Shown piece by piece: positions 1 through 13,722 of a DNA stretch of 64,000 nucleotides. This DNA comes from Camelus ferus (taxonomy: Eukaryota): contig NC_045696.1 in assembly GCF_009834535.1 (NCBI RefSeq), forward strand, positions 79,920,001-79,984,000. Reading direction: 5' to 3'. The notes under the pieces were generated by a model. It had not been told where the DNA came from, made no database searches, and saw only the letters and a program-made list of their open reading frames with translations. The position numbers were made by a program, and so were the translations under genes. The first letter of the stretch is position 1, and each line of letters opens with the position of its first letter.

Positions 1-579
1 AAGGGGACCCGCAAGAGTTCCCCATGCTTCCTCTTGGCTGTAGATTCTTCTTAAATGTGTAAGAACCACCCCAACCATACAAGCTGACCCAAACTAGAGC
101 CACTCTCTGGGAGTCCCTCCCTGCCAGAGTGCTGGCTTGTGAATCCAATCACCTTCTGGATCTTACTCTAGAAATCCCCTCTGCTCCACTGGAGACTGGA
201 AGTGGTTTTAACCCTCTCTCCAACTTGCTGTTATTCTGCCATTTCTCCTCTCCTTTCTCCACGCTCCAGAATCCAAGATCCTCAGGTCAAGAAGAGAATG
301 TACAATGGAGATGGATAGTCTATTCATCTGTTCATCGATTATTTATTGACCACATATATTCCAGGCACTATACTAGGTAGTGCTAGAATATACCTGCTTC
401 TAAGAAAGAATATGACCTTAGTAATTTGTATTTCAGGATGGAAACTGGATTATGTATTTCCTCTCTTGTAGAGAATATTTCAATTAAAACCTAAGCTCTA
501 ATTGTGGAATGGAAGGCTTATTCTAATTAAAAGAATGATGGAGGAGGAAACAGTTTGGGGGTACAAGAAAGCCTCTGAA

Positions 580-961
580 AGTGGCAAAGACTAGCTAATT
601 GTTTACCAAACTATTTTCTTTTCCCCCAGTGCATGTAATTAGAATACACTGCCAGCTTCCTTTACAGTTAGATGAAGCTCATGACTCAGTAATGGCCAAT
701 GAGATGTGGACAGAAATAACATATGCCATTCCCAGGCCTAGCCCATAAACCTCTACCATGAAGAACTCTCCCTAGCCAATGACTGAGTGGGTAGGACCAT
801 GGAACTAAAGAAGCTACAAGACAAAAGAAGCTTGGATCCCTAAATGACCATGTGGAAGGCAACCCACTGAATACCAATATGAACAAAAAACCAAAATTCT
901 CTTATTTTAGATCTGAGATTTGGGATTTCTTTGTTAAATCAAGTAGCTTTACTCTAATACA
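580..961 (+). mobile_element. MaLR solo LTR, MLT1I/J-like
   Basis: MLT1-type motifs (ccagcttcctttacagttagatg, ggccaatgagatgtgg, tgagatttgggatttctttgtta), ends ...taataca; family from remembered consensus. Confidence 0.6.
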
Positions 962-1176
962 CTGCCTTACATCCTAACAAGTAGGCAGTGTCCTACTCCA
1001 TCTACAATGTACACAATAAATTCATGAGAATTCAGTGGAGGATGGGTAAACACTCCTCCATATGCAGTACAATTCATCCTCAGAAACAGAGTCTGTGTAC
1101 CTTCTCTTCTACCATCTCATCCTTCCTTGGACAACTACACGTGGATGGTCTCATATGTGTTTGTACCCACTCACAG

Positions 1177-1268
1177 AAAGGGGGCACTGTTTCACAAGAG
1201 ATGCTGATGTCCCATGGGAGACAGAACACAATTGTGTAGTCTTCATTGAAGCAAGAGAAATTGAGGCC
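1177..1268 (+). CDS. Candidate upstream coding exon of the + strand gene: (E)RGHCFTRDADVPWETEHNCVVFIEAREIEA
   Basis: Acceptor tgtttgtacccactcacag|, donor GCC|gtaagt, stop-free frame (ORF 1062..1382), phase 1 in, phase 0 out. Confidence 0.45.
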
Positions 1269-2723
1269 GTAAGTAAGAATTACAGAAATCATCTAAACAA
1301 ACAATCAACAGATGAAAGTCATAAGATCTGTACCTTGAAGATGTTGGATGGAAAGTCTACCTATCAAAGTTCTGCTGGATAAGTAGGTATTATCATTAAA
1401 ACTTGGAGACTAACACATTTAATTCTTCCAGCAGAGGTTGGCAGACAAACCTCCAGCTCAGAAACTCTGCCCAAATCCAGGTCACCTTCATCAAGCCTTG
1501 AGAGTATTGAGTTCATTACTCCTTGGTCACGTGACAATGCCGTGAGCCCAGCAATAGCTGGCAGAGGTGGTGGTGACGAGCAGGAAGAATGTTCACAACA
1601 GAGATGCCCCAGGCAGCATATTCTTCCTAGGTAGCCCCTAATTCATGTTCGTCCTTGTCAGGGATTTCCACAGGAAAAACAGATGCAAAGGGAAAAAAAC
1701 TGTAAAAATAAATTCATTTTGAAATGCATGTAGGTCTAAATATTATAAATGTATTAAATGGACCAAATAAATTCAATGATTTATTATGAGAAAAACCCAC
1801 TTCACCCTCAGTGGCAGGCACTAGGACCATACTGCCCCTATAACTTCTACAAGACTGATAAGGGAGGGTTAAAATTCAAATCAAATCGTGAGACAACCAG
1901 GCTTATATATCCTCAGGAATTTACTGTGCATTCTTTGCTATTTTGGGGATGTGGTAAGACCCACCAAAATCTTAAAGCCATATTATAATAGAGCTATATT
2001 GCATTATGTTTCATGGAGAAAAAATTACTGAATTTTTAGCAGTATAGCTATCCATTTTTCTTATTTAAGGAAAAATCCAGTTTGATTCATGCAGAGTAGT
2101 CAGGGTATATAAAACAAATAATAATTCACCAGCTCCAGAATTATGATGTTTTCATTTATAAAGATTTTGCTTGAGATTTTTATTCATATATTCCAATGAA
2201 ATAATGCAATTCTGTATAGTTCTTATTCTTGCATGGTTGTATTTTAATAATAATAAAGTAATACAATAAGCATATCCTGTCTCCTCTTGATGAAAATATC
2301 AAGATTTATTCACTAAATAAATAAATATTCAGTAATGGATCTGTGCTTAGTAATGTTTAATAGAAAAGTTTTCTGGATCAGATATCAATTACTTTAACAC
2401 TTAGATGGATAGTCATATTTTGTCTTTCCAATGCAATTTAACTCCCAAGAGTAAATATGTATGTTCAGAGGAATAATATATTGTTTTAAAATAGACCTTT
2501 AAAATTGCTTTTCACTGAAATTTATAACCTTGTTCTTGTTCAGTCATCATTTACCAGTAAGGATAATACATTCCTATGCTCTCTAAAAACTGAAGTGAAA
2601 ATCCCTCTTTTTATTCTTTCTTCTTTAAAATATTATAATTTTATCACGAGCAAGAGTTTCCAAGATTAGACTATCTTCCTCTTTCTAACTGACTTTATCA
2701 ATTGGAAAAGTTTATAGAATTAA

Positions 2724-2791
2724 AGAGCCTACATTCTCACTATTACTATGAAAGTGTAGAGCCTACATTCTCACTATTATTATGAAAGTGT
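2724..2791. repeat. 34-bp tandem duplication
   Basis: agagcctacattctcactatta(c/t)tatgaaagtgt twice, 1 mismatch. Confidence 0.95.
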
Positions 2792-4559
2792 CCAGCTAGG
2801 TCAGTTATAAGGATGATAAATCATCTCCTATCTGTACCACAGAACTTGTTAGAAACAGAGAATCATTCCAAAAGTAAAGAAATGGGGTTACAGTCTCTGT
2901 TCTTAAAACATTAAAATGTTGGTCTTCATGGGAAGTGTGGAGCTGTGCTAGCTAATGAAAGTAAACACTCCTCAACAGGCAGTTCACTTGTGCTTTTGCA
3001 GTAGCAAGTTACAGCACTGTTTGCCTCTGGTCTCCATCATCTACTGTCTCTTACCCTCTATAACTGCATTTCTCCCAGACATCCCTGGAAGGTGTAATGC
3101 ATCCTACTTAATATGTTTTCTCACGGGATCTGAGGATAGACAATGCCCCATTTAAAGAAATACCAGTCAGTAATCCAAAAATAAATAAAAGTAACATGCT
3201 TTTACTATAGCCTCTCAAGAAAAACCAATGGGTTGGGGAAAGGTGGTGTGGTTGGAATGAGATACATGGCAGAAAACAGATATCAGAGGTATTTTATCCA
3301 TTTTGCTCAGCAAAACCTTGTAATGCACATGCACACACATGCACACTAAATGGCCACTTTCCTTCTGCTCTCCAAACACACTCCCCAAATTTTTTCCCTC
3401 ATAAATAGATAGATTAATCCCTTTCCAGTGTCAGTCTTGGTAGCCTTATCAATTTCTCCAGTTCTTATCCATCACCAGTTACCTCAGTATACATAAAAAA
3501 GCTCCAAAACCATTTAAAGACAAAGAGAGCTCATTTTAGCAGGTAAGGGAGTAGTGAAGTAAATACTTACTCACGTTAAGACATTTTTTCCTGAAACATT
3601 TACTTAGGCTGTCTAATCTAGCCACTCTATAATATTATAGCTAATCATTAGGCACTGCCATCTAATAAATCATGCAGCTGAGCATTGAAGTCCCTAAAGA
3701 TTCAGCCTTCAATCATAGAACAATGTCTCTACATCCTCAACTTTAAATTCTACAAGTTGATTTTGTGCAGAATTTGAAATTTCTATTTTGTAGTGCTAGC
3801 TTTTTTTCCCTTTAGTTTAGCATAATTAGCATTCAGGTCCTATTTATTTTTGCTTTAATACTTGGCTCGGTTAACTTACACCTTTCAGGAAGGAGCTTTT
3901 CTTTACGACTTTGTGGTCCACAGATAATCACGGCATTTCACACCTAGAATACAGCCCCATCCAAGCTGTTTGTATTGTTTTCTTTTTACTTGTTCTTTAA
4001 AATATTTTTATTCTGAAATATCACACATATAGAAAAATGCATAAAACAAATGCAAAGCTTAACTAATTATTACAGAATAAACATCAAGTTTATTGAGGAT
4101 CAGATATCCTCTGTCGACCTCTTAAAAATCCCAAACTGCTCCCTACCCCCCACCAAGGTAACTATTTTCCCGACTTGGAAGTCATTATGCTCCATAACCT
4201 AAGAAATCATGTCTTTCATAAATTCTGAAAAATTGTCATCATTTAAAAAAAATACTACAGTCCCTTACTTCTTGCTATTCTTTCATTTAAGAATTTTAAC
4301 TGGACATCTTTTACTTCTGCTCATTTTATCTTCCATACCACTGAAGCTGCTTATTATATTTTCTCTTTGTCTATCATCACTGTCCATTCTACTTCTCCCA
4401 TTTCTTAATACCCATCAAAAATTGCTCACCCTTCTGATCCAAGTCCCGTGACCTTCCCTCTTTCCTCCTTTTGTTCCCACTCCTATCAACGGTTGCTTTA
4501 TTAATAACCCCATTTGTTAATAACCATTAAAAAATGTCTACCCTGCTGGGATAAGTCCC

Positions 4560-5640
4560 TTGACTCTTTCCTTTCTTTCTTTATTCCAATGTTTTATTAG
4601 CTTCTGTAAGACCCATGAGGGGAAGCTAAGACAAAAAATTTGGTAAGGCTTCCCCAGTTGTTGCTCTACTTTGTAGCACTAAGGTTATATTTTGCAGCAG
4701 TAAGGTTACAATGGAATCCCCTTAGCCATGGCATTTACCATGACCTAGGTAACACACATATTCAGTAGGTGAACATCTCAACTATCATAAATCCTATACC
4801 ACATGGCTTGCATACAAAGCATATCCACTCATTCACGTGGGGTATTCCACTTGTCATTTATGGAGGAATTAGACAATCTCTCCTCTCAAGGGAAGCCAAC
4901 CTTGCAATAGCCTTTGATCAGGCTGGCTGTTCCCTTAATTACCCTGCTGTGTGACTGGATCACATGTAGCCAGCTCTGACTGTTCCATATAAGCTGTAGG
5001 CCCTGCATCAACCCTAACATGCCCTTCCACACTGCAGCATTTTAAAAAACTGCCCCCTGAATTACTCTCACAATCCATTTGAGTGAAGGGTCTTCGGGAG
5101 GCTGACGATATCTATCCACAAAGTAAAATAACCCCTTCACACTATACCCCTTGGCTTCAGTAGTCTGTTTTGCCCACCTCCATGCGGACTATTTTCTTGG
5201 TAACCAAATGTCTTAGAGCTACTCTGTGTTGTTCCCATATAATTTTCCCCTTTGAAGGTGGCTGTGGGCTAGTGACCAAAGCTGCTCTAAATCTGAAGTT
5301 GGTTCAGCTTCAAAGTCCAACCTAGCACTCTGTTTTAATTTCATTTTTGCTATAACAGGTAACAATAACCAAGGGATTACATATTTTGGGTTTTTTCATG
5401 TTAGTTTGCATTTTTATGCATCCAATGAATCAAATTCCCAAAAGTTGGATTCATCTCTTCCATTGGTAACTTTTACATTTTACCTAGTAACTGATCAAAG
5501 CACAGCTGCAGTTTTATATCATGGGTGGCCACCCAGGAATCAAAGATTCCTCACCTTCCATCCTTGTATCCTTTCTCTTCCTGAACCACATGTATCAAAC
5601 ATTCAGGATCATTCTAGCAAATTCCACTTCTGATCCCAAT
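4560..5640 (-). mobile_element. Decayed ERVL-class internal (gag-like) remnant adjoining the LTR at 5641
   Basis: Reverse strand near 4720-4815 reads MQAMWYRIY..VMVNAMAKG with stops, like ERVL/MaLR gag; ccacttctgatcccaatt at the LTR junction resembles the reversed primer-binding-site region. Confidence 0.5.
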
Positions 5641-6054
5641 TCTGGGAATTTTTTTGTTCCTCACAACACTTCTGACACGAAATACGTAGGAGTTTTCCCC
5701 ACTACTTCTCCAATTCTCTGCTACCAACTAGAGTTCAACAATTCTATTCAACTTCGGTACCAACTACCTAGAGTTAGCATAAACCCCACAGATTAAGGGC
5801 TCAATTCTATAAGACTGACCTTCATTTTAGATGCCAGTCACAAATCCTGGGCCTCCTGTACTTCTGATCAACCAGCTATTAATTGGGGGTTTGCACGACC
5901 CTCAATGCAGGTTCTACAATTTTCTAGGATGACTCATAGAACTCAGGAAAGTGCTTTACTTACTATTAGTGGTTTATTAGAAAGGATACAACTCAAGAAC
6001 AGCCAACTGGAAGAGATACATAGGGCAAAGTAAAGTAGTGTGTGTATGCATGTA

Positions 6055-6101
<47 letters not shown>

Positions 6102-6425
6102 ATGGAGCTTCTGTGCCCTCTCTGGGTGCACCACTCTGCGTACCTCACTGTACTTCACTACCCCAGAAGCTTTCCAAATCCCATCATCTGGGGGATTTCA
6201 TGGAGCTTTCATTATGGAGACATGATTGAGTAAACACTGGCCACTGGTGATTAACCCAATCTCCAGCCCCTCTCCCCTCCCGAGTTTGGGGAACAGTTCT
6301 AAGCTTCAAATCAAGACTTGGTCTTTCTTGAGACCATCCCCTATCCTGAAGGAAGCTATCTAGGGGCCTGCCAAGAGTCACCTCATTAGAACAAAGACAC
6401 TCCTATCATTCTTTATCACTCAAGA
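5641..6425 (-). mobile_element. MER21-family (ERVL) LTR
   Basis: Reverse-complement similarity to the + copy at 62576 (e.g. catgattgagtaaacactggccactggtgattaacccaatctcc vs ggaggttgaatcaatcaccaatggccaatgatttaatcaatcatg). Confidence 0.65.
6039..6098. repeat. (TG)n microsatellite with TATG units
   Basis: Directly visible. Confidence 0.95.
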
Positions 6426-8486
6426 AACAATTATGTGCCTTAAATAAGGAAAGTATTCTTCCTAGAGAGTCAACTTGAAGAATTTATGGCTGTCTAACCT
6501 CTCAACTGTAATATTTTAAGGATTCCATAGTATTTGTAGATACACTGCACTACTAGCTAAAGCCCTCTATCTTTGGTTCCAAGTAGTGGGAATCACAGCT
6601 TAAACTTCCTTCAGCATATTTATGTTTTAAAGAGGAAGACATGAAATACATTGCTTGTATAATTAAAAGATCCACAGACAGGACTACCTTTAAGTGTAGC
6701 TTGATCCAACAGCACATTCACTGCCCTATTTTCTACAGTCAGCTTTATTCTCAGTTTCTACGTGGTATTCCACTACCTGTACCATACCCTGTAGTGCTAG
6801 GATCTTGAATTATAGCAAAATGCTCAAATGTCAATACATATCTCAAATTACACTGTCCTAAAAACAGTGAATGTCTCTTCCACCCAGTTCCCAGGACTCA
6901 CTCTTTCTCATTGGCCCAGATTACATTATATGCTTATGACTGAACCAAAACTGAAGTCAAGGTAATGCCATGGATTGAAGGACCTAAGTCACTTAGGTCT
7001 CACTTTTAGAGTAGGTAGGGATTGAGAGAATTCTCCAAGGGAAAAAAAGAGGGAAGGAGGGAATGCATGTTAGGTAGCCAACCAACCAGTGTTCATTCCA
7101 ATGGCTGTAAAATTACAGCCATTTAAGGGAATTATAGTAACAATTTATTATTTCATTAACTGTGAATCTAATAAACATTGAAGGAAATAGCAGTATCTTT
7201 CATGTTTGTTTGTCTCAAATCTACTTTGGTGGGGATGGAATTAAGGAACTTCCCCAGAATAAATACAACTGAATAAACATAAAAGTTTGGAATCAATAAG
7301 AATCCCAAGTGAAATAAAAATGAACTATGCATAAAAATTTAGTGCAATTGTTAATTTTTCCAAGTTTGTACGTGGGCTATGAGAGGAAATTTATATATAC
7401 AAAGACTGGCTTTGAGAAGTAGACCAGCAGCCTGAAGTAAAAATCAGGAATCCTAGGAATGAAAACCAATTTTTTTCCCTTGCATCTATAACTCTGAAAT
7501 TATAATGAAGGTCAAAGGGAAAATATAATTTATTATACAAAGATTCATTATACATTATAGCTTTCTCACACATCAAATGCAAAAATCAAAATATGCTATC
7601 TACGTTTTTAAAAGTGGAAATTGCTTTATTATTTATGGGGGGCAATAATGATAAGTTAGCTGCAAAGTTGCTGCCTTTTGCTATTTTCTTGCTGATGTGA
7701 ATTTGTGGATAACTTCCAAGATAGAAGTATTGGCATTAAAAGGAGTACAAGATAAAACTCAGAAAATGATTGGGAGAGAAGTAATGACAAAGTGTTGGCA
7801 TTATGAAGGGACTGGAGAAGCTAAACTCTGAAACTGATCACTAAAAAGAAGTCGTATAAAACTGACATGGTCCCATCTCACACTGAACAACTGGGACCTT
7901 TAGAAATGAGATTTTGCTCTAACCCAAAATGTCAGAACATTTTGTAATGGACAAAGGGCAGAGAAATGACACAGGCACTGGAAAACAGAGAAGGAAATGA
8001 CACTTAGAGAAAGGTGATGACAGACCCCTAACAAATCTGCATATTTCTCAAGGAGTTTTAAAAACTCTGTGATTTTTCTTTTTTAAAAAACTGCTTTGAA
8101 AAGTTTGTTCACAGTCTCTCGGCTGTGGTTACAATGAGGTGTCCAACAGAAAATACTGATGATCATGGCATCTATGTTTTCTATGTTATGTCCAGAGAGC
8201 TCAGATTTTAGTTGATAGATATTTAACTTCATACAAAATAAACTGTCTCTCATATATACATAGATAAGTCTGCTGATCTACAATCAGTATTTTACATTTT
8301 CACAGATGCTTTTCGGTGCTGCCGATAGGTTCATGAAGCCAGACTCTCTGTTAATCCCATCTTCTTTTGTGACTAAGAGTCCATATTTCCTATAAAACAG
8401 GCTGCAGCAAGGGCCCAACCTGAGTCTGAAACTCATTTTTCCATCTTGGTAAAGCTACTCTGCTCGTTTGAGCATCTAGTCCACAG

Positions 8487-8556
8487 AGTTATCTGATACA
8501 GATTATTTTACCTCACTCACCCTTCTTAAATGGGACAGAAACCACTGAAGGTTTAG
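8487..8556 (+). CDS. Candidate coding exon SYLIQIILPHSPFLNGTETTEGL(D); acceptor could instead be at 8502
   Basis: Donor TTAG|gtaaaa in phase 1 matches exon 14269; AG acceptors at 8485-86 and 8500-01 are both phase 0, matching exon 1268; polypyrimidine tract weak. Confidence 0.35.
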
Positions 8557-11274
8557 GTAAAATGAAGAATTAAGACTGTGTGATATTCTTTTCTAAGTTC
8601 AGTGGCGGAGAAATAAATCATATCTCAGAAGCTCTGAACATCTCTTTTTTTTTTTTTTTTTTTGCAATTCTATTCTTATTTAGACTTAAAATTTCAGGAT
8701 TTAGAAAAGTTTGTTTTTTAGATTCAACTCAAGTATTGATTGAGCATTTACGAGATGCTTGAGGCAGGAAGATAACCTGAAGATGTGATCTCTGAGAGGA
8801 TTAAAACTTACTGGAAAGAAGGGACATGCCCCCATGAAACATCAGGAGATTCACTCTGGAGTGAATGGTACAGATGTTCGTTAAGAGTTTGAAGTGGGGG
8901 GACAGTGGGTACTGACATACCCAGGGAACCCTTTATGAACTCAGTGGGACTTAAATTAGGCACATTTGGAAGGACAGTGACTAACTGAATAAAGGGAAAA
9001 TGGGAAGAATAGGTAGGTGTGACTAGGGGGAAAAGCACAAAGAAAAGTTCAGAGGCAGGATAAGCACAGGCTGATGAGAAAGGTTTATACTGGAGAAAAC
9101 ATAGGAATTAAGTAGACTGTGAAACACACACACACAGTTGAGAGCCTTGAATACTGGGAAAGAAGCACTGAAGCTCATGAGGAAGGCTGTGACAAGGACA
9201 AAGGTGATGCTCCAGAAATATTCACCAGGTGATGGTGTGGGGGGCATGAAATGGTACCGGTGGCAGTGAGGCTTGTTGGGAAACGTCTTCTGGAATCCAG
9301 ACGCTATGTGATCAGAAATGTGACCAGGGTGGTAGCAATGATAATGCAGAGAAAAGGGTTAATATGAGTTGTATTACAACGGGCAGATTTAATGAGTTTC
9401 TGAGATTCACTAAATGTCAGGGAATATGAGGAAAGAAAAGTCAACAATGCCTTCAAATTTTTAAGTCAGAATAATTGGGTGAACGATGGCTATCATTACC
9501 ATACATTGGTGAAAAGCGGGGGAGAGGGAGATTGTAGACTTTGAAAAATCACTTTCGAAGAATATGTTTGCTGTATTTGAGGTAACGTTTGTAATGGAGA
9601 GAAAATAGCCATGTCCCAGTAGATATTTGGAAATACTGTGTTTGAAACTGGTGAAATTTTGCAGAGACTGTAACTTTGATCCCCAGTCTTTTGATTAGAA
9701 ATATTAGCTAATGCCCCAAGAATGGAGTCATTCCCCCAAGAGCGTTCTTGTGAAGAACATATCACTGAGCCAGAGACAGCTTGGAGGAGCATTGACTTGA
9801 GAGGCAGGAGGAGAAAGAGAGAAAGAGAAAGTGGCATGTATGTGTGTAGGAGAGAGGGGGAGACAGACAGACAGAGAGAGAGGCAGAGTCAGAGATCAAA
9901 AGAGAAGAACTATCACTGAATTCCACGGAGGTGACTTCAAGTAGGGAGGATGGCAAGTACAGAAGGTCAAAGAGCATGAACGACGTGAGTACCTAAAAAC
10001 TGGTCAGTTCCAGCCTTCTGTGGTACAATGAAAGCTTCTTGGTAAAGGGCAAACTTTATCCTCTTTTGCTGAGAGTTAGACATCTTTCATTTGGAGGGAA
10101 AAGAAAGATTAGGTTTCTATGAGAAATTTAATCTGCATAATCTACCTTTGATATTCTTTTTTAAAACATCTGCTTCCCTAATGGTAAAAATCTGGAACTG
10201 CGTCATGCCTGCAAACTGATTTTTTAATAATAAATTTGGTCACAGTCATCTAAATTTCATCTTCAGTGGTGATCAATTATAAAGGAATGCATTAAGGGAT
10301 TTATTTCTCCCAAGTTTTCTTCTAACATGACAGGAGCAAAGAAGACATTTTTAATCAGTTCAGCTTTCCTACCAAAGGACAATATATTATGGTTAATTTT
10401 CACATCCATCAGAGGCATAGGGCTTTTCGGACGTAGGTAGAGGTTTATGAGCATAAAATTGAGAACAATTAGCACTCAAGTTAATGTTACATGAGTTTCA
10501 ACATCTGGTAAGTGTGTCGTCATTTTGGGTCATAGACCACCTGTTAGGCTAAATGTTCATACAACTGCAATTTATTCTGCATACAAATGGAATAAAAATG
10601 ATACTTTAAAAGTTTTTTTTTAATTTAACAGTATGTATGTAGGGGCCTCTCACATTTTAAAATTTCAACTAGAAGTTAACAATGCATTGAACACTAACAG
10701 GATGAAACATATAGTATCAACAGGAACAGAAAATACTTATATTCTTGCAAGAACATTTCATAATAAATTACCTACAGTGCTGATATTAATTTCTCCAGTT
10801 GATCTAACCACAGTCACTCACTACAGGTCTCCTCTTTATCCACCAAATATTTAAGACCAAGAAGAGGTCAAGCTCTCACAGTCTTACATATTATTTATAT
10901 AACAGACCCTTCAAACAGTGGCTGCTTCTGGCAGCAGAGCTGCATCAGCAAATGCCAAATCTCAGGATGCCTCCTGCAACCCGCTGCAAACAGCAGCCCA
11001 TGCATAGCACAGCATAAACTATTCTGAACTTCAGGATTCCAGGGCCTCTAAGAGCATTTCGATGGAGGCTTTAAAGACATGGAGAAGTCCTGCAGGGAAC
11101 CCTCTCTCCGAATTGGAAGTAGGTGCTGACAGGAGGCTTCAGGGTACCTGGGATCCAGAGGCTTCTATGTCAACAAGCTACATATACTCTGAGTCTGTGA
11201 GGAAGTCAGAGCAGCCAAACCCACAGCTATGCAGGGGGCCTCTGCACATCCAGGGTCACCCAGGAAGCCAAGCT

Positions 11275-11310
11275 TGGCCCCAGAGGATGGCCCCAGAGGA
11301 TGGCCCCAGA
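11275..11310. repeat. 13-bp tandem repeat x2.8
   Basis: tggccccagagga tggccccagagga tggccccaga. Confidence 0.9.
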
Positions 11311-11648
11311 CTTCATTACCAGCATGGCTGGGGGGCCCTGGGGCCTTCTTAGTTAGGGAGCAAAACCAGACTGAAGAGCAAACCATAGCCAGGAACACAG
11401 AACTTCTCCTGCCCTCCACTTCCACAGTACACTGATTCCTGAAAATGCCAACAATTTAGAAACGCCAGAATCTTAGAGAATGCTAAGGGATGAACCACAA
11501 TCAAAAGAAATGTGATGACCATTTATCAGAAGAGCAAGCTAGCGTCCATTTTATTTTTACTTAGTTGTCTTTTCACATGACCCAGTTATTGGCAACTTCA
11601 GTAAAACTGGTTAAACACTTCTCTTATTTTAGAGGGCAGGATAGTAAT

Positions 11649-11805
11649 TTTTTTGTATTAAAAACTTAAATTTACTTTATTTATCTTTTTTTTAAAGTAT
11701 AGTTAGTTTACAATGTTGTATCAATTTCTGGTGCACAGCATAATGTTTTAGTCATACATATACATACATATATTCCTTTTCATATTCTTTTTCATTACAG
11801 GTTAC
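11649..11805 (-). mobile_element. 5'-truncated L1 3' end
   Basis: T-rich tail then aagtatagttagtttacaatgttg..., the reverse complement of the L1 terminus at 13600-13650 and 62060-62097; degenerate TSD gagggcaggatagta / gagagcaagacagta. Confidence 0.8.
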
Positions 11806-12189
11806 TGAGAGCAAGACAGTATTAGGTTGGGTGTGTCTGATTATCTGTAGCAGATTTCAAACCAAAAGAAACTTTCTACACTTTTGAATCATTTTTTTTT
11901 ACCTTTTTTATAGAAATGAGCTGTCCTTTTAAAATGAGGTGGTTTGGAATTCAAACACCAACTGAAGAAGCATCTAATACTTCAGTCTACGTGTTAATGT
12001 GCTTAAAAAGTCACTCTTAGTTCTGAGACCTCTTGGGCCTTTGCTGTACTTTGCTAGATAGAGTAAGGAAGTGTGCGGTCTAGAAGTGTGCCTGTTGAAA
12101 GCATCTGTGCACTGGCATTGCCCTGTTTCGGTAACATGCTTCGCACTGACCATCAGAGTGATGATCATCATCATGGGATCATTTTGAGA

Positions 12190-12410
12190 TGTAAGCCCTG
12201 TGCTTTGATGGCCAGCTGCCTGACTCTCAATTCCGACCCCTCCATTCGCTTACTGTGTAACCCTGGGCAAGCTGGTAACTTCCTGAAGCTCCAGTCTGGT
12301 CACCTGTTAAGGCGAGCAAAATAATATACCCTGTTCTACATGGTTGTTGAGTAAGAAAGGTAACCCTGTAAAGTGTATGGCACAGAAGGAGTGCCAGATA
12401 AATGTTAGCC
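12190..12410 (+). mobile_element. MIR SINE
   Basis: MIR core cttactgtgtaaccctgggcaag and 3' part taaatgttagc. Confidence 0.6.
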
Positions 12411-13199
12411 CTCCATGATATTTAGTGATTACCTGATCCTGAGTCACCAAAGAAAGATTAAACCAAACTTAATATATTTTTGTGCTGTGCATGTGTTTAA
12501 AAGATACTCTGTAATATTTTAATTCTTATAATAATTAGTATACATGTTAACACTATTTGACAGCTGATTGTAGTTTACTTAACCAAAATGTGCCAGATAG
12601 CTTACTGTAGCGTTTCCCAAACTGTGCTTTGAAAAACTGGGGTTCTGTGGAGAATTTCAAGGTGGCGTCTGTGTGGGGCAGGTATTGAATGGGGTACAGT
12701 GAGGACAGTGGGTGGTCAGTGATCCAGGCTTCAAATGGAACGGCTCTACCTTTACTGATTTTAAATATTGAGCTTCTCAGTAAATTTCAGTTTGAACAAA
12801 GGGTTCTGCAGCTAACAAGGCGGGTAGGGGAGTCAGAGAAGATAGGTAAAAATATTCATGGACTACTAGGTCTATTACTTTTTTAAAGAAATACTACAGA
12901 TAAAGAGTGAAGAAAGTATTTGAACCAATGCCATTTGAGTTCTGATTCTACATTAAAAATGGACCTTTCGATCATGATTCAAGGATATCTGGAATTTCAT
13001 CATTTTCCCTCTCTGGCATTGTTAAGGAGGGAGGACTCGTTAGACCCTCTGTTCATCATCCTTCATCTGAGAAGTCTGTGGCCATAAACCAAAACATTAT
13101 TAGTCAGAATGGGGATGAATTAAGTAAATCTGGCCTCCAAGACCCATGGTTGACATCTGTCCCTCTCCCAAAAGTGATTCAAAGCCAAGCAAGCCCAAA

Positions 13200-13722
13200 G
13201 TAGAGTGCAGTGGTTAGGCCCAGGGTCTCTGGCGTCAGGCGTCAGTCCTGCTCTGTCCACTTAGAGGCTGTGTTTCCAGACAAGCCACCTCCTGTCTGTG
13301 GACCTCAAACTTCTATTTGTAAAGTAAGGACAACAGCACCAGTTCCGTAAAGTTATCATAAGGATTTAAAGACAATACATACAAAACAAACTCATGGCTA
13401 CCAAAGGGGAAAGGGAGGGGAGGGATAAACTAGGAGGACGAGATTAACAGATACAAAGTACTACACATAAAATAGATGAACAACAAGGACTTACTGTATA
13501 GCACAGGGAGCTATATTCAATATCTAGTTACACCCTAAAATGAAAGATAATCTGAATATATGTATGTATACATAACTGAGTCATTTTACTGTACATCTGA
13601 AAACTAACACAATATTGTAAATCAACTATACTTCAATTTAAAAAAATTTTTAATAAAAAGAATGTGTACAAAGTACTTAAAACAAGAGAGGTAGAAAATA
13701 AGTACTCAGTAAATATTAGCTC
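13200..13722 (+). mobile_element. MIR SINE split by the L1 fragment at 13384
   Basis: MIR 5' and core at 13200-13380; MIR 3' end (aagtactcagtaaatattagct) resumes at ~13660. Confidence 0.55.
13384..13658 (+). mobile_element. 5'-truncated L1 3'UTR (L1MA9/artiodactyl-like)
   Basis: accaaaggggaaagg...actgtatagcacagggagctatattcaatatct...aactatacttcaatt plus A tail; homologous to 61840-62097. Confidence 0.85.

Noticed and set aside
5943..6233. Four ORFs with HT or CV dipeptide runs
   Set aside because: Translations of the (TG)n microsatellite inside an LTR
11062..11435. Three overlapping ORFs in a GC-richer patch
   Set aside because: No recognisable homology or convincing splice sites; openness explained by GC content and a 13-bp repeat
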